DNA from: an uncultured Chloroflexia bacterium | GTDB lineage: Bacteria > Chloroflexota > Chloroflexia > QHBQ01 > JADMIH01 | DNA length: 64,000 nucleotides | NCBI GenBank assembly: GCA_963797095.1 | Contig: CAWCNY010000004.1 | Location: forward strand, 480,001 to 544,000 | Direction: 5' to 3' | Shown here: piece by piece, positions 28,473-38,664 of the stretch | How positions within the stretch are numbered: position 1 is the stretch's first letter | Layout: each line of letters opens with the position of its first letter | Made by a program: the position numbers and the translations under genes | Notes under the pieces: generated by a model | What the model saw: the letters and a program-made list of their open reading frames with translations, nothing else | Told to the model about the DNA's origin: nothing | The model's database searches: none

Positions 28473-31103
28473 ATGCTTACCCTCGAAAACCCCAAGGCTT
28501 ACCGCCTGCCACACACCATTAACCCCAGCCGCTACGATATCGAGCTTGATGCCCGCGTTGGCCGCGACACCTTCAAAGGCCGGGTCACCGTCAAAATCGA
28601 CATCGCCGAAAAGACCGACACCATCGAGCTTCACGCTCACGAACTTCTCACCCTCACCTCCGCCACCGTCGAAACCGGCAGCAAAACCCTCCGGGGCGAG
28701 ATCTCCCAGAACGCCGAGGCCGAAATGGCCTCCATCACCTTCCCCAGCGCCCTCCCCACAGGCCCCGCCACCCTCACCATCCTGTACGACGGCAACATCA
28801 GCCCCACCCTCGAAGGTCTCTACCTCGCCAAGGACGGCCCCGACGAATGCCTCTCCACCCAGTGCGAAGAGACCGACGCCCGCAAGATATTCCCCTGCTG
28901 GGACGAGCCTACCTTCAAGGCTCACTTCGCCTGGAAAATCACCACCGACCCCCAGAACACCGTCCTGGCCAACGGTCCCCTCCTCTCAGTAAAAGACACC
29001 CCAGAAACCCCCTGGCTCGCCCCCTCCGACCAAGACCCAATCCGAAATCCGAAATCCGAAATCCAAGATTCAAGGACCTGGTCTTTCGCCCCCACCAAAC
29101 TTATGTCAAGCTACCTCTGCGCCCTCGTCGTAGGCGAGATCGACGGCACCAAAGAGGAAGAAGTCAACGGCACCCCCATCCGCGTGTGGGCTATGAAGGG
29201 CAAAGGCGAGATGGGCCGCTTCGCCCACGACTACACCAAAAAACTCCTCCCCTGGTACGAACACTATTTCGAAGCCCCCTACCACTTCGACAAGTACGAC
29301 CAGGCAGCCGTCCCCGGCTTCGCTGCGGGCGCGATGGAAAACAGTGGCCTCGTGATCTACGTCCAGTCCGCCCTCATTATGAACCCCAAAACCGCCTCCT
29401 GGAACCAGGAAAAGACCATCGCCCACGTAGTCGCCCACGAAACCGCACACATGTGGTTCGGCAACCTCGTCACCATGAAGTGGTGGGACGACCTCTGGCT
29501 CAACGAAGCCTTCGCCGAGTGGATCTCCAACAAAGCCGTCCACTCCCTCACGCCCGACTACAACGTCTGGAACGACTTTCAGTTCGGCAAGAACGCCGCC
29601 CTCGCCGACGATGCGCTCGAATTTACCCACCCCATCTACAACCCCGTAGAAACTCCCGCCCAGGCCACCGAGCTATTCGATAACATCGCCTACCAGAAGG
29701 GTTGCGCCGTCCTGCGCATGCTCGAAAACTTCATCGGCGAAGACGCTTTCCGCGCCGGACTCCGCACCTACATCAAAGATTTCGCCGAGTCCAACGCCAC
29801 CAAGGAAGACCTCTGGCACCATCTCGCCCAGTCCTCCGGCGAGTCCGTGGAAGCCGTTATGTCAAGCTGGATCAACCAGGGCGGCTATCCCGTGATCAGC
29901 ATCTCCCTCGACGGCACCATCCTCAAGCTCTCACAGCGCCGCTTCTTCTCCAGCCCCGACGCCCGCAGCCACGACCAGATGTGGCAGGTGCCCATCGTCC
30001 TCCGCTACGAAGACACCGCTGGCGTCCACAACCGGCGCATCCTCCTCGATAGCGTCGAAAAAGCCGTATCCCTCGCTATCGAAGGCGAGCTAAAGTGGCT
30101 TTACACCAACACCGAGGAGATCGGCTTCTACCGCCAGCACCTCGACTCCACCATTATGCCCGGCCTCCTCGCCAACCTCGACAAGCTATCTCCACTCGAA
30201 CAGACCGGCCTCCTCAGCGACCAGTGGGCCCTCACCCGCAACGGCACCCAGGGCATCTCCGAGTTCCTCGATGTCCTCTCCGCCCTCTTGACTTCCACCC
30301 ACTACAATGTCCTCGAAGCCGCCGTTGGTCGCCTCCACGGTATCGAAGATCTCCTCCTCGACCTCGGCGACCAATCCGCCCTCCGCAAGTTCCGCTCCTG
30401 GGTCGCTGACCGCCTTCAGCCCCAGATGGAAGAAGTCGGCTATCAACCCCGCAAGTCCGACTCTCAGAACGACACCCAGCGCCGCGTGGCCCTCGCCGAC
30501 GCTATGTCCACCCTCGCCGAAACCCCCGAAGCCATCCGGCAGGCCACCCACTACGCCGACATGGAAGCCAACGACCCCACCTCCGTGGACCCCAACCTCG
30601 CTGGCCTCTACGTCGCTGCTGCCGCCATCACCGGCGACCGCGCCCGCTTCGACCGCTACGTGGACATCTACACCACGCGCAAAGACGCAAGCGCTTCCCC
30701 TCAGGAAACCAATCGCTACCTCTATAGCCTGGCCGACTTCCGCAAACCCGACATCATGAGCCGCATCTTCACCCTCATGGACGATGGCACCATTCCCCAG
30801 GAGGCCATAGGCCGCGTCCTCCGCCAGATGCTCGCCCTCAACCATGCCCAGGTTCCCGCCTGGAACTATATCAAGGCCAACTGGCCCACTATACGTAATC
30901 TAGGCGACATGTGGACCGGCTTCCTCGTCGAAATGACCGGACGCCTCCCCTCCACTCTCCGCTCCGACGTGGTCTCCTTCTTCGACGCCAACCTCCAGGG
31001 CGTTGCCGACAAACCCTACGCTCGCGCCCTCGAAACAATGGACCAGCTAGCCGAGTTCAAGCAGCGCATCGGCACAGATCTGGTGGCGTGGTTCAAACGC
31101 TAA
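28473..31103 (+). CDS. pepN: M1 family aminopeptidase
   Basis: FPCWDEP, GAMEN, HETAH-x18-E (WLNEAFA), ERAP1-like C-terminus. Confidence 0.95.
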   Translation: MLTLENPKAYRLPHTINPSRYDIELDARVGRDTFKGRVTVKIDIAEKTDTIELHAHELLTLTSATVETGSKTLRGEISQNAEAEMASITFPSALPTGPATLTILYDGNISPTLEGLYLAKDGPDECLSTQCEETDARKIFPCWDEPTFKAHFAWKITTDPQNTVLANGPLLSVKDTPETPWLAPSDQDPIRNPKSEIQDSRTWSFAPTKLMSSYLCALVVGEIDGTKEEEVNGTPIRVWAMKGKGEMGRFAHDYTKKLLPWYEHYFEAPYHFDKYDQAAVPGFAAGAMENSGLVIYVQSALIMNPKTASWNQEKTIAHVVAHETAHMWFGNLVTMKWWDDLWLNEAFAEWISNKAVHSLTPDYNVWNDFQFGKNAALADDALEFTHPIYNPVETPAQATELFDNIAYQKGCAVLRMLENFIGEDAFRAGLRTYIKDFAESNATKEDLWHHLAQSSGESVEAVMSSWINQGGYPVISISLDGTILKLSQRRFFSSPDARSHDQMWQVPIVLRYEDTAGVHNRRILLDSVEKAVSLAIEGELKWLYTNTEEIGFYRQHLDSTIMPGLLANLDKLSPLEQTGLLSDQWALTRNGTQGISEFLDVLSALLTSTHYNVLEAAVGRLHGIEDLLLDLGDQSALRKFRSWVADRLQPQMEEVGYQPRKSDSQNDTQRRVALADAMSTLAETPEAIRQATHYADMEANDPTSVDPNLAGLYVAAAAITGDRARFDRYVDIYTTRKDASASPQETNRYLYSLADFRKPDIMSRIFTLMDDGTIPQEAIGRVLRQMLALNHAQVPAWNYIKANWPTIRNLGDMWTGFLVEMTGRLPSTLRSDVVSFFDANLQGVADKPYARALETMDQLAEFKQRIGTDLVAWFKR

Positions 31104-31220
31104 CAACAAAAAGGACACAGGGGCTGGCGCCAGGCCCTCCCCACGCTAACCAGTTTAAGAATAGTGGAAATCGACCTTCACTCGTCACTTGTCACTTATC
31201 AGATGTGATATAATCAACCC

Positions 31221-32144
31221 ATGCACGGCAGATCAATTCCACAAACCGACCTGCCCTTACCGCTCTTCCATAGGGGCAAGGTCCGAGACACGTACGATCT
31301 GGGCGACAAGCTCTTGATGATCGCCACCGATCGTATATCCGCCTACGATGTGGTCCTGCCTAACTCCATACCCTACAAAGGCCAGGTTCTCACCGCCTTC
31401 TCGACCTTCTGGTTCGATCGCACCCAATCCATAATCCCCAACCATCTCATCACAGACCGCGCCATCCACTTCCCCTTCGACTGGCGCGCCTGGAACAGGA
31501 CCCAGCGCGACCAGATATCTGGTCGCGCTATACTCGTCAAGAAAGCCCGCCGCATCGACATCGAATGCGTCGCTCGCGGCTACTTGGCAGGCTCCGCCTG
31601 GAAAGAGTATGAGGGTGCCAACACGGTGGCGGGCATCTCTCTCCCCAACTGGCTCCACGAAAGTCAGCAGTTGGTCGAGCCGATCTTCACCCCCGCCATC
31701 AAAGCCGCCACCGGCCATGACCAGAACGTCACCTTCGACGAGATGGCTAACCGCATCGGCCATGACCTCGCCGAAAAGATGCGCGATGCCACCATGAAGA
31801 TTTACGGCTTCATGTCTGAATACGCCCGCCAGCAAGGCATTATCATGGCCGATACCAAGCTCGAATTCGGCCTCCTCGACAACCAGCTAATCCTCATCGA
31901 CGAGCTAGGTACCCCCGACTCCTCCCGGTTCTGGGAAGTCGCCAAGTACCGCCTCGAAGGTCCCCAGCTAAGCCTCGACAAGCAATACGTCCGCGACTGG
32001 CTTACCGCCATCCGATGGAACCGCGAGCCTCCCGCCCCCTCCATGCCCAACGACGTAATCCAGAAGACCTCCGACAAATACCTCGAAGCCTACAAACGCA
32101 TCGCCAAACGCGACCTGGTAGCCGAACTATACCCACCCTCCTGA
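31221..32144 (+). CDS. purC: SAICAR synthase
   Basis: GKVRDTY, TDRISAYD, ECVARGYLAGS, ADTKLEFG, TPDSSRFW; TG-A-TATAAT 6 nt upstream. Confidence 0.97.
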   Translation: MHGRSIPQTDLPLPLFHRGKVRDTYDLGDKLLMIATDRISAYDVVLPNSIPYKGQVLTAFSTFWFDRTQSIIPNHLITDRAIHFPFDWRAWNRTQRDQISGRAILVKKARRIDIECVARGYLAGSAWKEYEGANTVAGISLPNWLHESQQLVEPIFTPAIKAATGHDQNVTFDEMANRIGHDLAEKMRDATMKIYGFMSEYARQQGIIMADTKLEFGLLDNQLILIDELGTPDSSRFWEVAKYRLEGPQLSLDKQYVRDWLTAIRWNREPPAPSMPNDVIQKTSDKYLEAYKRIAKRDLVAELYPPS

Positions 32145-32147
32145 AGC

Positions 32148-32226
32148 TCCAAGTTCCAAGTTCCAAGTTAGCACCCGCCCCCGGCCCCCGCAACCAGCTA
32201 CTCGTCACTCGTCACTCGTCACTCAC
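32148..32226. repeat. Heptamer arrays (TCCAAGT x3; CACTCGT-type x4)
   Basis: purC-purS intergenic. Confidence 0.85.
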
Positions 32227-32230
32227 AACC

Positions 32231-32500
32231 ATGCAAACCTACCAGGCCAGCATCCACATAACCCTCAAACCGGTCGTAAACGACCCCCCCGGCCTCGCCA
32301 TCCGCGACGGCCTCCACAACCTCGGCTACACCACGGTCGAGACCGTCCGCTCAGGCAAATACCTCCAGGTCTACCTCACCGCCGACTCCGAAGACCACGC
32401 TGGCGCTCAAATCGACGCCATGTGCAGGCGCCTCCTCGCCAACCCCGTCATCGAAGATTACTCCTTCACCCTCCAAAAGACCGAACCCGCGCATACCTGA
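32231..32500 (+). CDS. purS: FGAM synthase subunit PurS
   Basis: ITLKPVVNDPPG, VRSGKY, MCRRLLANPVIEDY. Confidence 0.95.
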   Translation: MQTYQASIHITLKPVVNDPPGLAIRDGLHNLGYTTVETVRSGKYLQVYLTADSEDHAGAQIDAMCRRLLANPVIEDYSFTLQKTEPAHT

Positions 32501-32544
32501 GCGATCTGCTGGCTCCTGATATCGACCAACCCAACATACCCGCT

Positions 32545-33480
32545 TTGGACGCTTACGTGCTTGCATTCGATATCGGCGGCACAAAGACCTATGCTACCCT
32601 GGCAAACCTCAGCGGGGAGCTACTGGCTCATGCCCAGGCGAGCACCGTTCGCTGGCACGGCCAACCTGGTTACGCCCGGTTCCTGATCCGGTTACGCGAT
32701 GAGTTGCTACAAAGCACAGGAGTGCAGGCTAGCAAAATAAAAGTCGCAGGTGTGGCGGTGGCAGGCATCATTGATCCAGCGAACAACTGGGTTACCATGT
32801 GCCCCAATATCAGCGACGGCGATTTCGACCTCCGTTCGCCTCTTGAGACGGCTCTCGGCGTGCCCGCGCTTGTAGAAAACGATGTGAACCTGGCGGCTAT
32901 TGGCGAACACTGGCGCGGCGCGGCACAAAGTTGCTCCAATTTTGCCTTCGTGGCAATAGGTACAGGCATCGGTGCTGGCGTATTCATCAACGGGCAGCTT
33001 TACCGTGGTGCCCACAACGCAGCGGGCGAGGTGGGCCATCTTTACACTCATGGCATCGAGAGCATAGGGCCTGACAAGCTTGGTGTGCTCGAACGTCGCG
33101 CCTCAGGGACAGGCATCGTTGACACGGCCCGCCGCCACATAAGACATGCTGCAACCACCACAACCCTTGATTCCGAAACCGTAACAACAGCGAACGTCTT
33201 CCAGGCCGCCCAGCATGGTGATCAGGTGGCAGGCGCGGTGCTGGAGGAGACACTCGACACCCTCTCTCTCGGACTCGCCAACCTGAGCTTCCTGCTCGAC
33301 CCCGAATTGATTGTGCTTGGCGGCGGCGTCAGCGCCATAGGCGATCCTCTATTACTTCCTCTCAGAGACCGCCTCGCGAGGCTACTGGTAAAGCCTCTAG
33401 CACCCAGGCTAGAGTTTTCGCGATTAGGTGCAAAGGCACAACTTTACGGCGCGCTTCGCCTGGCGCTAGATTTCCTATAA
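32545..33480 (+). CDS. ROK family sugar kinase
   Basis: DIGGTK, ENDVNLAAIGE, GTGIGAG, GEVGH, VLGGG; no CxCGxxGC zinc motif; start uncertain. Confidence 0.88.
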   Translation: MDAYVLAFDIGGTKTYATLANLSGELLAHAQASTVRWHGQPGYARFLIRLRDELLQSTGVQASKIKVAGVAVAGIIDPANNWVTMCPNISDGDFDLRSPLETALGVPALVENDVNLAAIGEHWRGAAQSCSNFAFVAIGTGIGAGVFINGQLYRGAHNAAGEVGHLYTHGIESIGPDKLGVLERRASGTGIVDTARRHIRHAATTTTLDSETVTTANVFQAAQHGDQVAGAVLEETLDTLSLGLANLSFLLDPELIVLGGGVSAIGDPLLLPLRDRLARLLVKPLAPRLEFSRLGAKAQLYGALRLALDFL

Positions 33481-33533
33481 AACGACCCCACTCGCCACTG
33501 AAGAGAAAGTAGCCGCCTACCCAGACCACACTA

Positions 33534-33610
33534 ATAACCAACAACCAACAGCCAGGAACTTGGAACTTGGAACTTGGAACTATAACCGACTACCGACTAC
33601 CGACTACCAA
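33534..33610. repeat. Eleven contiguous in-phase heptamers of three motif types
   Basis: ataacca acaacca acagcca ggaactt x3 ggaacta taaccga ctaccga x2 ctaccaa. Confidence 0.9.
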
Positions 33611-33693
33611 TCTCTTTCTATGGTAATATAACTTAGGAACCCTCGCCGTCTTCATTCTTCTTCGTCACTACTTATACAAAAGAACTGCGTCCT

Positions 33694-34488
33694 ATGGCCC
33701 ACCCTATCCCTAACGTAGCTCATGTGCTTGCTATTGCCAGCGGCAAAGGCGGTGTTGGCAAAACCACCGTCACCGTCAATCTCGCCCTCGCCCTCAGCGA
33801 GCGCGGCCTGCGCGTCGGCATCTTCGACGCCGATATCTACGGCCCCAACGTCCCCCTGATGCTCGGCGTCCGCCGTACCAAACCCGCCAGGGGTTTCGCC
33901 CCCATAGGACGCGCCGACAACACCCCCTATATCACAGCCCTCGACCGCTACGGCCTCCGCGTCATGTCTATTGGCCTCCTCGTCGGCGAAACCGAAGCCC
34001 TCATGCCCGATCCCATGCAAGTTGGCCTCTTGGTAACCCGCACCCTCCGCGATGTCCTCTGGGGCAACCTCGACTACCTCCTGATCGACCTCCCACCTGG
34101 CACGGGCGAGCCTCAGCACACCATCCTCCGCACCATCCGGGTAGACGCTGCCATCGTCGTCACCACCCCCCAGGACCTCTCCCTCCTCGACGCAGGCCGC
34201 TCCCTCGGCCTTTTCCGCAAGAACAACATACCCATTCTCGGTGTAGTAGAGAACATGAGCTACCTCCAATGCCCACATTGCGACGAGCACATCGAGGTCT
34301 TCCACCGCTCCAACGGCCACTGGGCCATAGTAGACCGTGAGCTTGCCCTCCTGGGCCGCATCCCCATGGATATAGCCATCAGCAAAGGCATCGACGCGGG
34401 CCACCCCCTCCTCGAATCCAACCCCGACGCCCGAGAAGCCACCGTCTTCCGCGAAATCGCCCAACAAATCGCACAGAAGCTAACGTGA
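33694..34488 (+). CDS. mrp: Mrp/NBP35 Fe-S carrier ATPase
   Basis: SGKGGVGKT, DADIYGPN, DLPPGTG, VTTPQ, ENMS..CPHC. Confidence 0.92.
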   Translation: MAHPIPNVAHVLAIASGKGGVGKTTVTVNLALALSERGLRVGIFDADIYGPNVPLMLGVRRTKPARGFAPIGRADNTPYITALDRYGLRVMSIGLLVGETEALMPDPMQVGLLVTRTLRDVLWGNLDYLLIDLPPGTGEPQHTILRTIRVDAAIVVTTPQDLSLLDAGRSLGLFRKNNIPILGVVENMSYLQCPHCDEHIEVFHRSNGHWAIVDRELALLGRIPMDIAISKGIDAGHPLLESNPDAREATVFREIAQQIAQKLT

Positions 34489-34884
34489 TTCAACAAACCA
34501 ACCTACCCCTCGTCCTGCAACCCAAACTGGCAGGAGCACACATCCAACCCATCACCATCGGCCTCTCCGGCAACCGAACCTTCCGCCCAGGTACTCACCT
34601 TCATCCACTCCAACCGCCCCGCCACCGAACACCTAGCCCTCACCCACGGCGACTACTGCCTGCCCAACATCCTCCTCAACCCCACTACCCTCACTATTAC
34701 CGGCTTCGTTGACCTCTCCCGCGCGGGCATAACCGACCCCTACCAGGACATAGCCCTCGCAACCCTCAGCCTGGCCTACAACTTCGGCCCAGGCCACGAA
34801 CAAACTCTGTGGAAAACCTACGGCCTCGACAAACCCGACCTCAAAAAGCTATCATTCTATCAAGCGCTGGACGAATTTTTCTAA
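34485..34884 (+). pseudogene. APH(3')-type aminoglycoside phosphotransferase remnant with internal deletion
   Basis: N-terminus (IGLSGNRTFR) fused out of frame near 34585 to THGDYCLPNILL, GFVDL, DPYQDIAL, YQALDEFF*. Confidence 0.85.
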
Positions 34885-34888
34885 TACG

Positions 34889-34976
34889 GGTAGTCGGTAG
34901 CCAGAACCACCAACTGGAACCAGGAACACTCACTACTCACTACTCGCTACTCGCTACTCCGACTACCGACTACCAA
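34889..34976. repeat. Mixed heptamer array with inverted CTACCGA-type ends
   Basis: ggtagtcggtag ... cactact/ctcgcta units ... cgactaccgactacc. Confidence 0.7.
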
Positions 34977-34986
34977 GGAGCAACCA

Positions 34987-35736
34987 ATGAAAGTAGGCGT
35001 AGCCATCTTCCCCGGCTCAAATGGCGATCACGACGCCCTTTACGCGATGGGCGAAGTCCTCGGCCAGCAAGCCGAACCTATCTGGCATACCCGCACCGAT
35101 GTAGATCAATATGACCTCATCATCCTGCCCGGCGGTTTCGCCTACGGTGACTACCTTCGTTGCGGGGCCATCGCCCGTTTCACTCCCGTCATGGACGCCA
35201 TCAAACGCTACGCCGACCGGGGCGGCTGGGTGCTAGGCATCTGCAACGGCTTCCAGGTCCTGGCCGAGGCCCATCTCCTCCCCGGCGCTCTCGTCCGCAA
35301 CGCCAACCTCTCTTTCTCCTGCCGCTGGGTCCACACCCGCCTCGAACCCTCCAACTGCGCCCTCCTCCAGGGCGTCCCCGAAGGCACCGTCTGGCGTCTC
35401 CCCATAGCCCACGGAGAAGGCCGCTACTGCGCCGACCCCGCCACCCTCCAACAACTCGAACAAAACCACCAGATAGTCCTTCGCTACTCCACCCCCTCCG
35501 GCGACGTCACGGAAGAGGCCAATCCCAATGGCTCCTCCCACGACATCGCGGGCATCTGCAACCCCTCCGGCAACGTTCTCGGCCTGATGCCCCACCCCGA
35601 ACGCTCCGCCGAACCCATCCTCGGCACAGGCGACGGCGCTCTCTTCCTCCGGGCCGTCATTTCCGCCTGGCAGGCTCGCTCCCAAACCGCCTCCGATCCC
35701 CTCCGCCCGCAGCTTTCGACAACCCTGGCAGGCTAG
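34987..35736 (+). CDS. purQ: FGAM synthase glutaminase subunit PurQ
   Basis: FPGSN, PGGFAYGDYLR, GICNGFQ, PIAHGEG, NPNGS, GLMPHPER. Confidence 0.97.
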   Translation: MKVGVAIFPGSNGDHDALYAMGEVLGQQAEPIWHTRTDVDQYDLIILPGGFAYGDYLRCGAIARFTPVMDAIKRYADRGGWVLGICNGFQVLAEAHLLPGALVRNANLSFSCRWVHTRLEPSNCALLQGVPEGTVWRLPIAHGEGRYCADPATLQQLEQNHQIVLRYSTPSGDVTEEANPNGSSHDIAGICNPSGNVLGLMPHPERSAEPILGTGDGALFLRAVISAWQARSQTASDPLRPQLSTTLAG

Positions 35737-35757
35737 TCACTAAGCAGGGAAAAACCA

Positions 35758-37188
35758 ATGAAAGAATTGCTACAGACGGCAGCCCAATACGCAGGCGATT
35801 ATCTCCATGACCTACACGAGCGTAGCGTAACACCCACTCCCCAGGCCCTCCAACGCCTCCCCGACCTCGGCGGCCTCCTCCCCGACTCCCCCACTAGCCC
35901 CGCTCAGGTCCTCTCCCTCCTCCACGAGATCGGCTCCCCCGCCACCGTCGCCACCGCTGGCGGGCGCTATTTCGGCTTTGTCATTGGCGGTTCCCTCCCC
36001 GCCACTGTCGCCGCCAACTTCCTTGCTGCTGCCTGGGACCAGAACGCGGGCCTGGTCGCCCTGTCGCCCCTGGGTGCCGCCATAGAAGAAATCGCAAGCT
36101 CCTGGCTCCTCGACATCCTCGACCTGTCCAGAGAATCGGGCGTAGGCTTCGTCACTGCCGCCACTACCGCCAATTTCACCGCCCTTGCCGCTGCCCGCCA
36201 CGCTGTCTTGCAAAACGTCGGATGGGATGTCGAATCCCAGGGTCTCTTCGGTGCGCCCCTCATAACCGTTGTAGTCGGTGATGAGGTCCACGTCAGCCTC
36301 CTGAAAGCCCTCAGCATGCTCGGCCTGGGCCGCGACCGCGTGCTCAGAGTGCCCGTAGACGACCAGGGCCGCATGCGCGCCGACGCCTTCCCATACATCT
36401 CCGGCCCCGCCATCGTTTGCATCCAGGCTGGCAACGTCAACACAGGTGCCTTCGATCCCGCAGGTGAAATATGCTCGATTGCTCACAGGTCTGGCGCTTG
36501 GGTACACGTAGACGGCGCTTTCGGCCTCTGGGCTGCTGCCTCTCCGCGCCGCGCCCACCTCCTCAACGGTGCCCAGGAAGCCAACTCCTGGGCGCTCGAC
36601 GCTCACAAATGGCTCAATGTCCCCTACGATAGCGGCCTGGCCTTCGTCCGCGACCCCCAGCACCTCCGCGCCGCTATGTCTATTAGCGCCGCCTACCTGC
36701 AACAAAGCGACACCCGTGAGCCGTGCCACTACACCCCTGAGATGTCGCGCCGCGCTCGTGGTATCGAGGTGTGGGCAGCCCTTCGCTCCCTCGGGCGCTC
36801 TGGCATAGCCGACCTCATAGATCGTACCTGTCGCTACGCCTCGCGCTTCGCCGAAGGTCTAAGCGCAGCAGGCTACCAAATACTCAACAAAGTCGAGCTA
36901 AATCAAGTGCTCGTCTCATTCGGCGATCCGGAAACCACCCGCCGCGTAGTAGCCGCCATTCAATCCGACGGCACTTGCTGGTGCGGCGCTACAGTCTGGC
37001 AGGGCCAAACCGCCATGCGTATCAGCGTCTCCTCCTGGGCCACCACCGAACAGGACGTAGAACAAAGCCTATCAGCCATCCTCCAAATAGCAGCCAACCC
37101 AACCACGATCTCAACATCAACCAGCAACCGAAACCAGGAACCAGGAACTAGGAACCAGGAACCAGGAACCAGGAACCAGGAACTATAG
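35758..37188 (+). CDS. Group II PLP-dependent decarboxylase
   Basis: YFGFVIGG, HVDGAFG, DAHKWLNVPY; C-terminal RNQEPGT tail encoded by heptamers. Confidence 0.92.
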   Translation: MKELLQTAAQYAGDYLHDLHERSVTPTPQALQRLPDLGGLLPDSPTSPAQVLSLLHEIGSPATVATAGGRYFGFVIGGSLPATVAANFLAAAWDQNAGLVALSPLGAAIEEIASSWLLDILDLSRESGVGFVTAATTANFTALAAARHAVLQNVGWDVESQGLFGAPLITVVVGDEVHVSLLKALSMLGLGRDRVLRVPVDDQGRMRADAFPYISGPAIVCIQAGNVNTGAFDPAGEICSIAHRSGAWVHVDGAFGLWAAASPRRAHLLNGAQEANSWALDAHKWLNVPYDSGLAFVRDPQHLRAAMSISAAYLQQSDTREPCHYTPEMSRRARGIEVWAALRSLGRSGIADLIDRTCRYASRFAEGLSAAGYQILNKVELNQVLVSFGDPETTRRVVAAIQSDGTCWCGATVWQGQTAMRISVSSWATTEQDVEQSLSAILQIAANPTTISTSTSNRNQEPGTRNQEPGTRNQEL

Positions 37189-37207
37189 TCCGACTACCGA
37201 CTACCAA
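37132..37207. repeat. Heptamer array AACCAGG-type x7 followed by CTACCGA type
   Basis: Spans the decarboxylase stop codon. Confidence 0.9.
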
Positions 37208-37211
37208 GACC

Positions 37212-38651
37212 ATGTCCCGCAATCCCGCACAGCCCACCACCGACCCCGTAGAGCTGGAGCGCAGGCTCCTTGCCCGCGAGCAAACCGACCCTGCCGACAC
37301 TCCCGAAACCACCTGGCCCGAAGGCCATTGGACCCTCCTTCGCAAGCTGGCTGTTGCCGTCGCCATAGCCCTCATAATCGGCTATCTCCTCCTATGGGCA
37401 CAAAACGTCCAGCAAACAGGCGGCCCCGACGGCTACATCCGGGGCAACGCCGACCGTGGCCCCGTCGACTTCATCTCCACCCTTACCGGTGCCCTCGTCA
37501 TCCGCGAAGGCAACGGCTCCAAACTCTACAATCTGGATCTCCAAACCAATGCCCAGAACCGCATCTACGACGGTTACAGGCCCCCCATCAACAAGAACCA
37601 GATCCTCCCTTACAACCATCTCCCCTTCGAAGCCCTCTTCATCTCCCCCTTCATGGACCTCCCCTACCCCATCGTCTTCGCCATCTGGACCCTCATCTGC
37701 GGCATCGCCATCGGTATGTCCCTCGGCCTCCTCGACGGTGCTCTCCCCGTTCTCCGCCCCATCGGCTGGGTTCTCAGCATGGCAGCCTGCTCCTACCTGC
37801 CCCTGATCCGCGGCCTCATGCTCGGCCAGAACTCCCCCCTCGTCCTCCTCGGTCTCTGCGGCCTCTATGTAACTCTCAAGCGCGGTCAGGGCATCTGGGC
37901 AGGTGCCGCCCTCTCTCTTGTCGCCCTCAAACCCCAGGTCCTTCCCGTCATCCTCCTCCTTCTTATCCTCCAGAGGCATTGGAACACCATCGTCGTCTTC
38001 AGCGGCATCATGCTGGGCCTCACCATCGCCTCCATGCCCGTCCTCGGTGCGACCTGGCCCTTCCAGTATGCGCAACTTCTAATAGGCGTGGCTGGCTGGG
38101 CCAATGTCAGCGCAATTGACCCCGCCATCATGCAGAACTGGCGCGGCTTCCTGACCAATCTCCTCGGCACAGGCCCTCTCTCCGGCCTGGTCTCCCCCCT
38201 CTTCGCTATCCTTTCCCTCGCCACAATCCTCCTGGTGGTCTACGTCTGGTGGCGCACATCGCGCAGGCAAGAGGACCCCAAAACAATCTACGGGCCGGAA
38301 AATACGCCCGTAGACGCAGCATACTCCCCCCAGTTTGACCTGCTATGGGCGCTCGCCGGTATCGCCGCCCTCCTCACGTCCCTCCACCTCAACCCCCACG
38401 ATCTGACACTCCTGGTCTTCCCGGCCTGGATCATCGGTGCCTACGCCTCCTCCGGCCTCTGGAGTCGCGCCTTCTCCCGCCTCTGGCTCGTAATCCTTTG
38501 GGTAGGCTGGGCCCTTGCCCCACTCACCCTCTGGCCCACCCTGATAGTCATCCCGGGCGTGCTCCTGATGACCCTCGCCTGCCTCCTCCTATCCTGGCGC
38601 TTGATCGCCCCCCAACCCACCGAACCCGCCGCCATCCCTGCCCACGCCTGA
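37212..38651 (+). CDS. GT87/DUF2029-like membrane glycosyltransferase (GT-C)
   Basis: VDF, PYNHLPF, LGQNS, LKPQ, HDL motifs; multiple TM helices. Confidence 0.85.
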   Translation: MSRNPAQPTTDPVELERRLLAREQTDPADTPETTWPEGHWTLLRKLAVAVAIALIIGYLLLWAQNVQQTGGPDGYIRGNADRGPVDFISTLTGALVIREGNGSKLYNLDLQTNAQNRIYDGYRPPINKNQILPYNHLPFEALFISPFMDLPYPIVFAIWTLICGIAIGMSLGLLDGALPVLRPIGWVLSMAACSYLPLIRGLMLGQNSPLVLLGLCGLYVTLKRGQGIWAGAALSLVALKPQVLPVILLLLILQRHWNTIVVFSGIMLGLTIASMPVLGATWPFQYAQLLIGVAGWANVSAIDPAIMQNWRGFLTNLLGTGPLSGLVSPLFAILSLATILLVVYVWWRTSRRQEDPKTIYGPENTPVDAAYSPQFDLLWALAGIAALLTSLHLNPHDLTLLVFPAWIIGAYASSGLWSRAFSRLWLVILWVGWALAPLTLWPTLIVIPGVLLMTLACLLLSWRLIAPQPTEPAAIPAHA

Positions 38652-38664
38652 CGCCATCCCGCGC

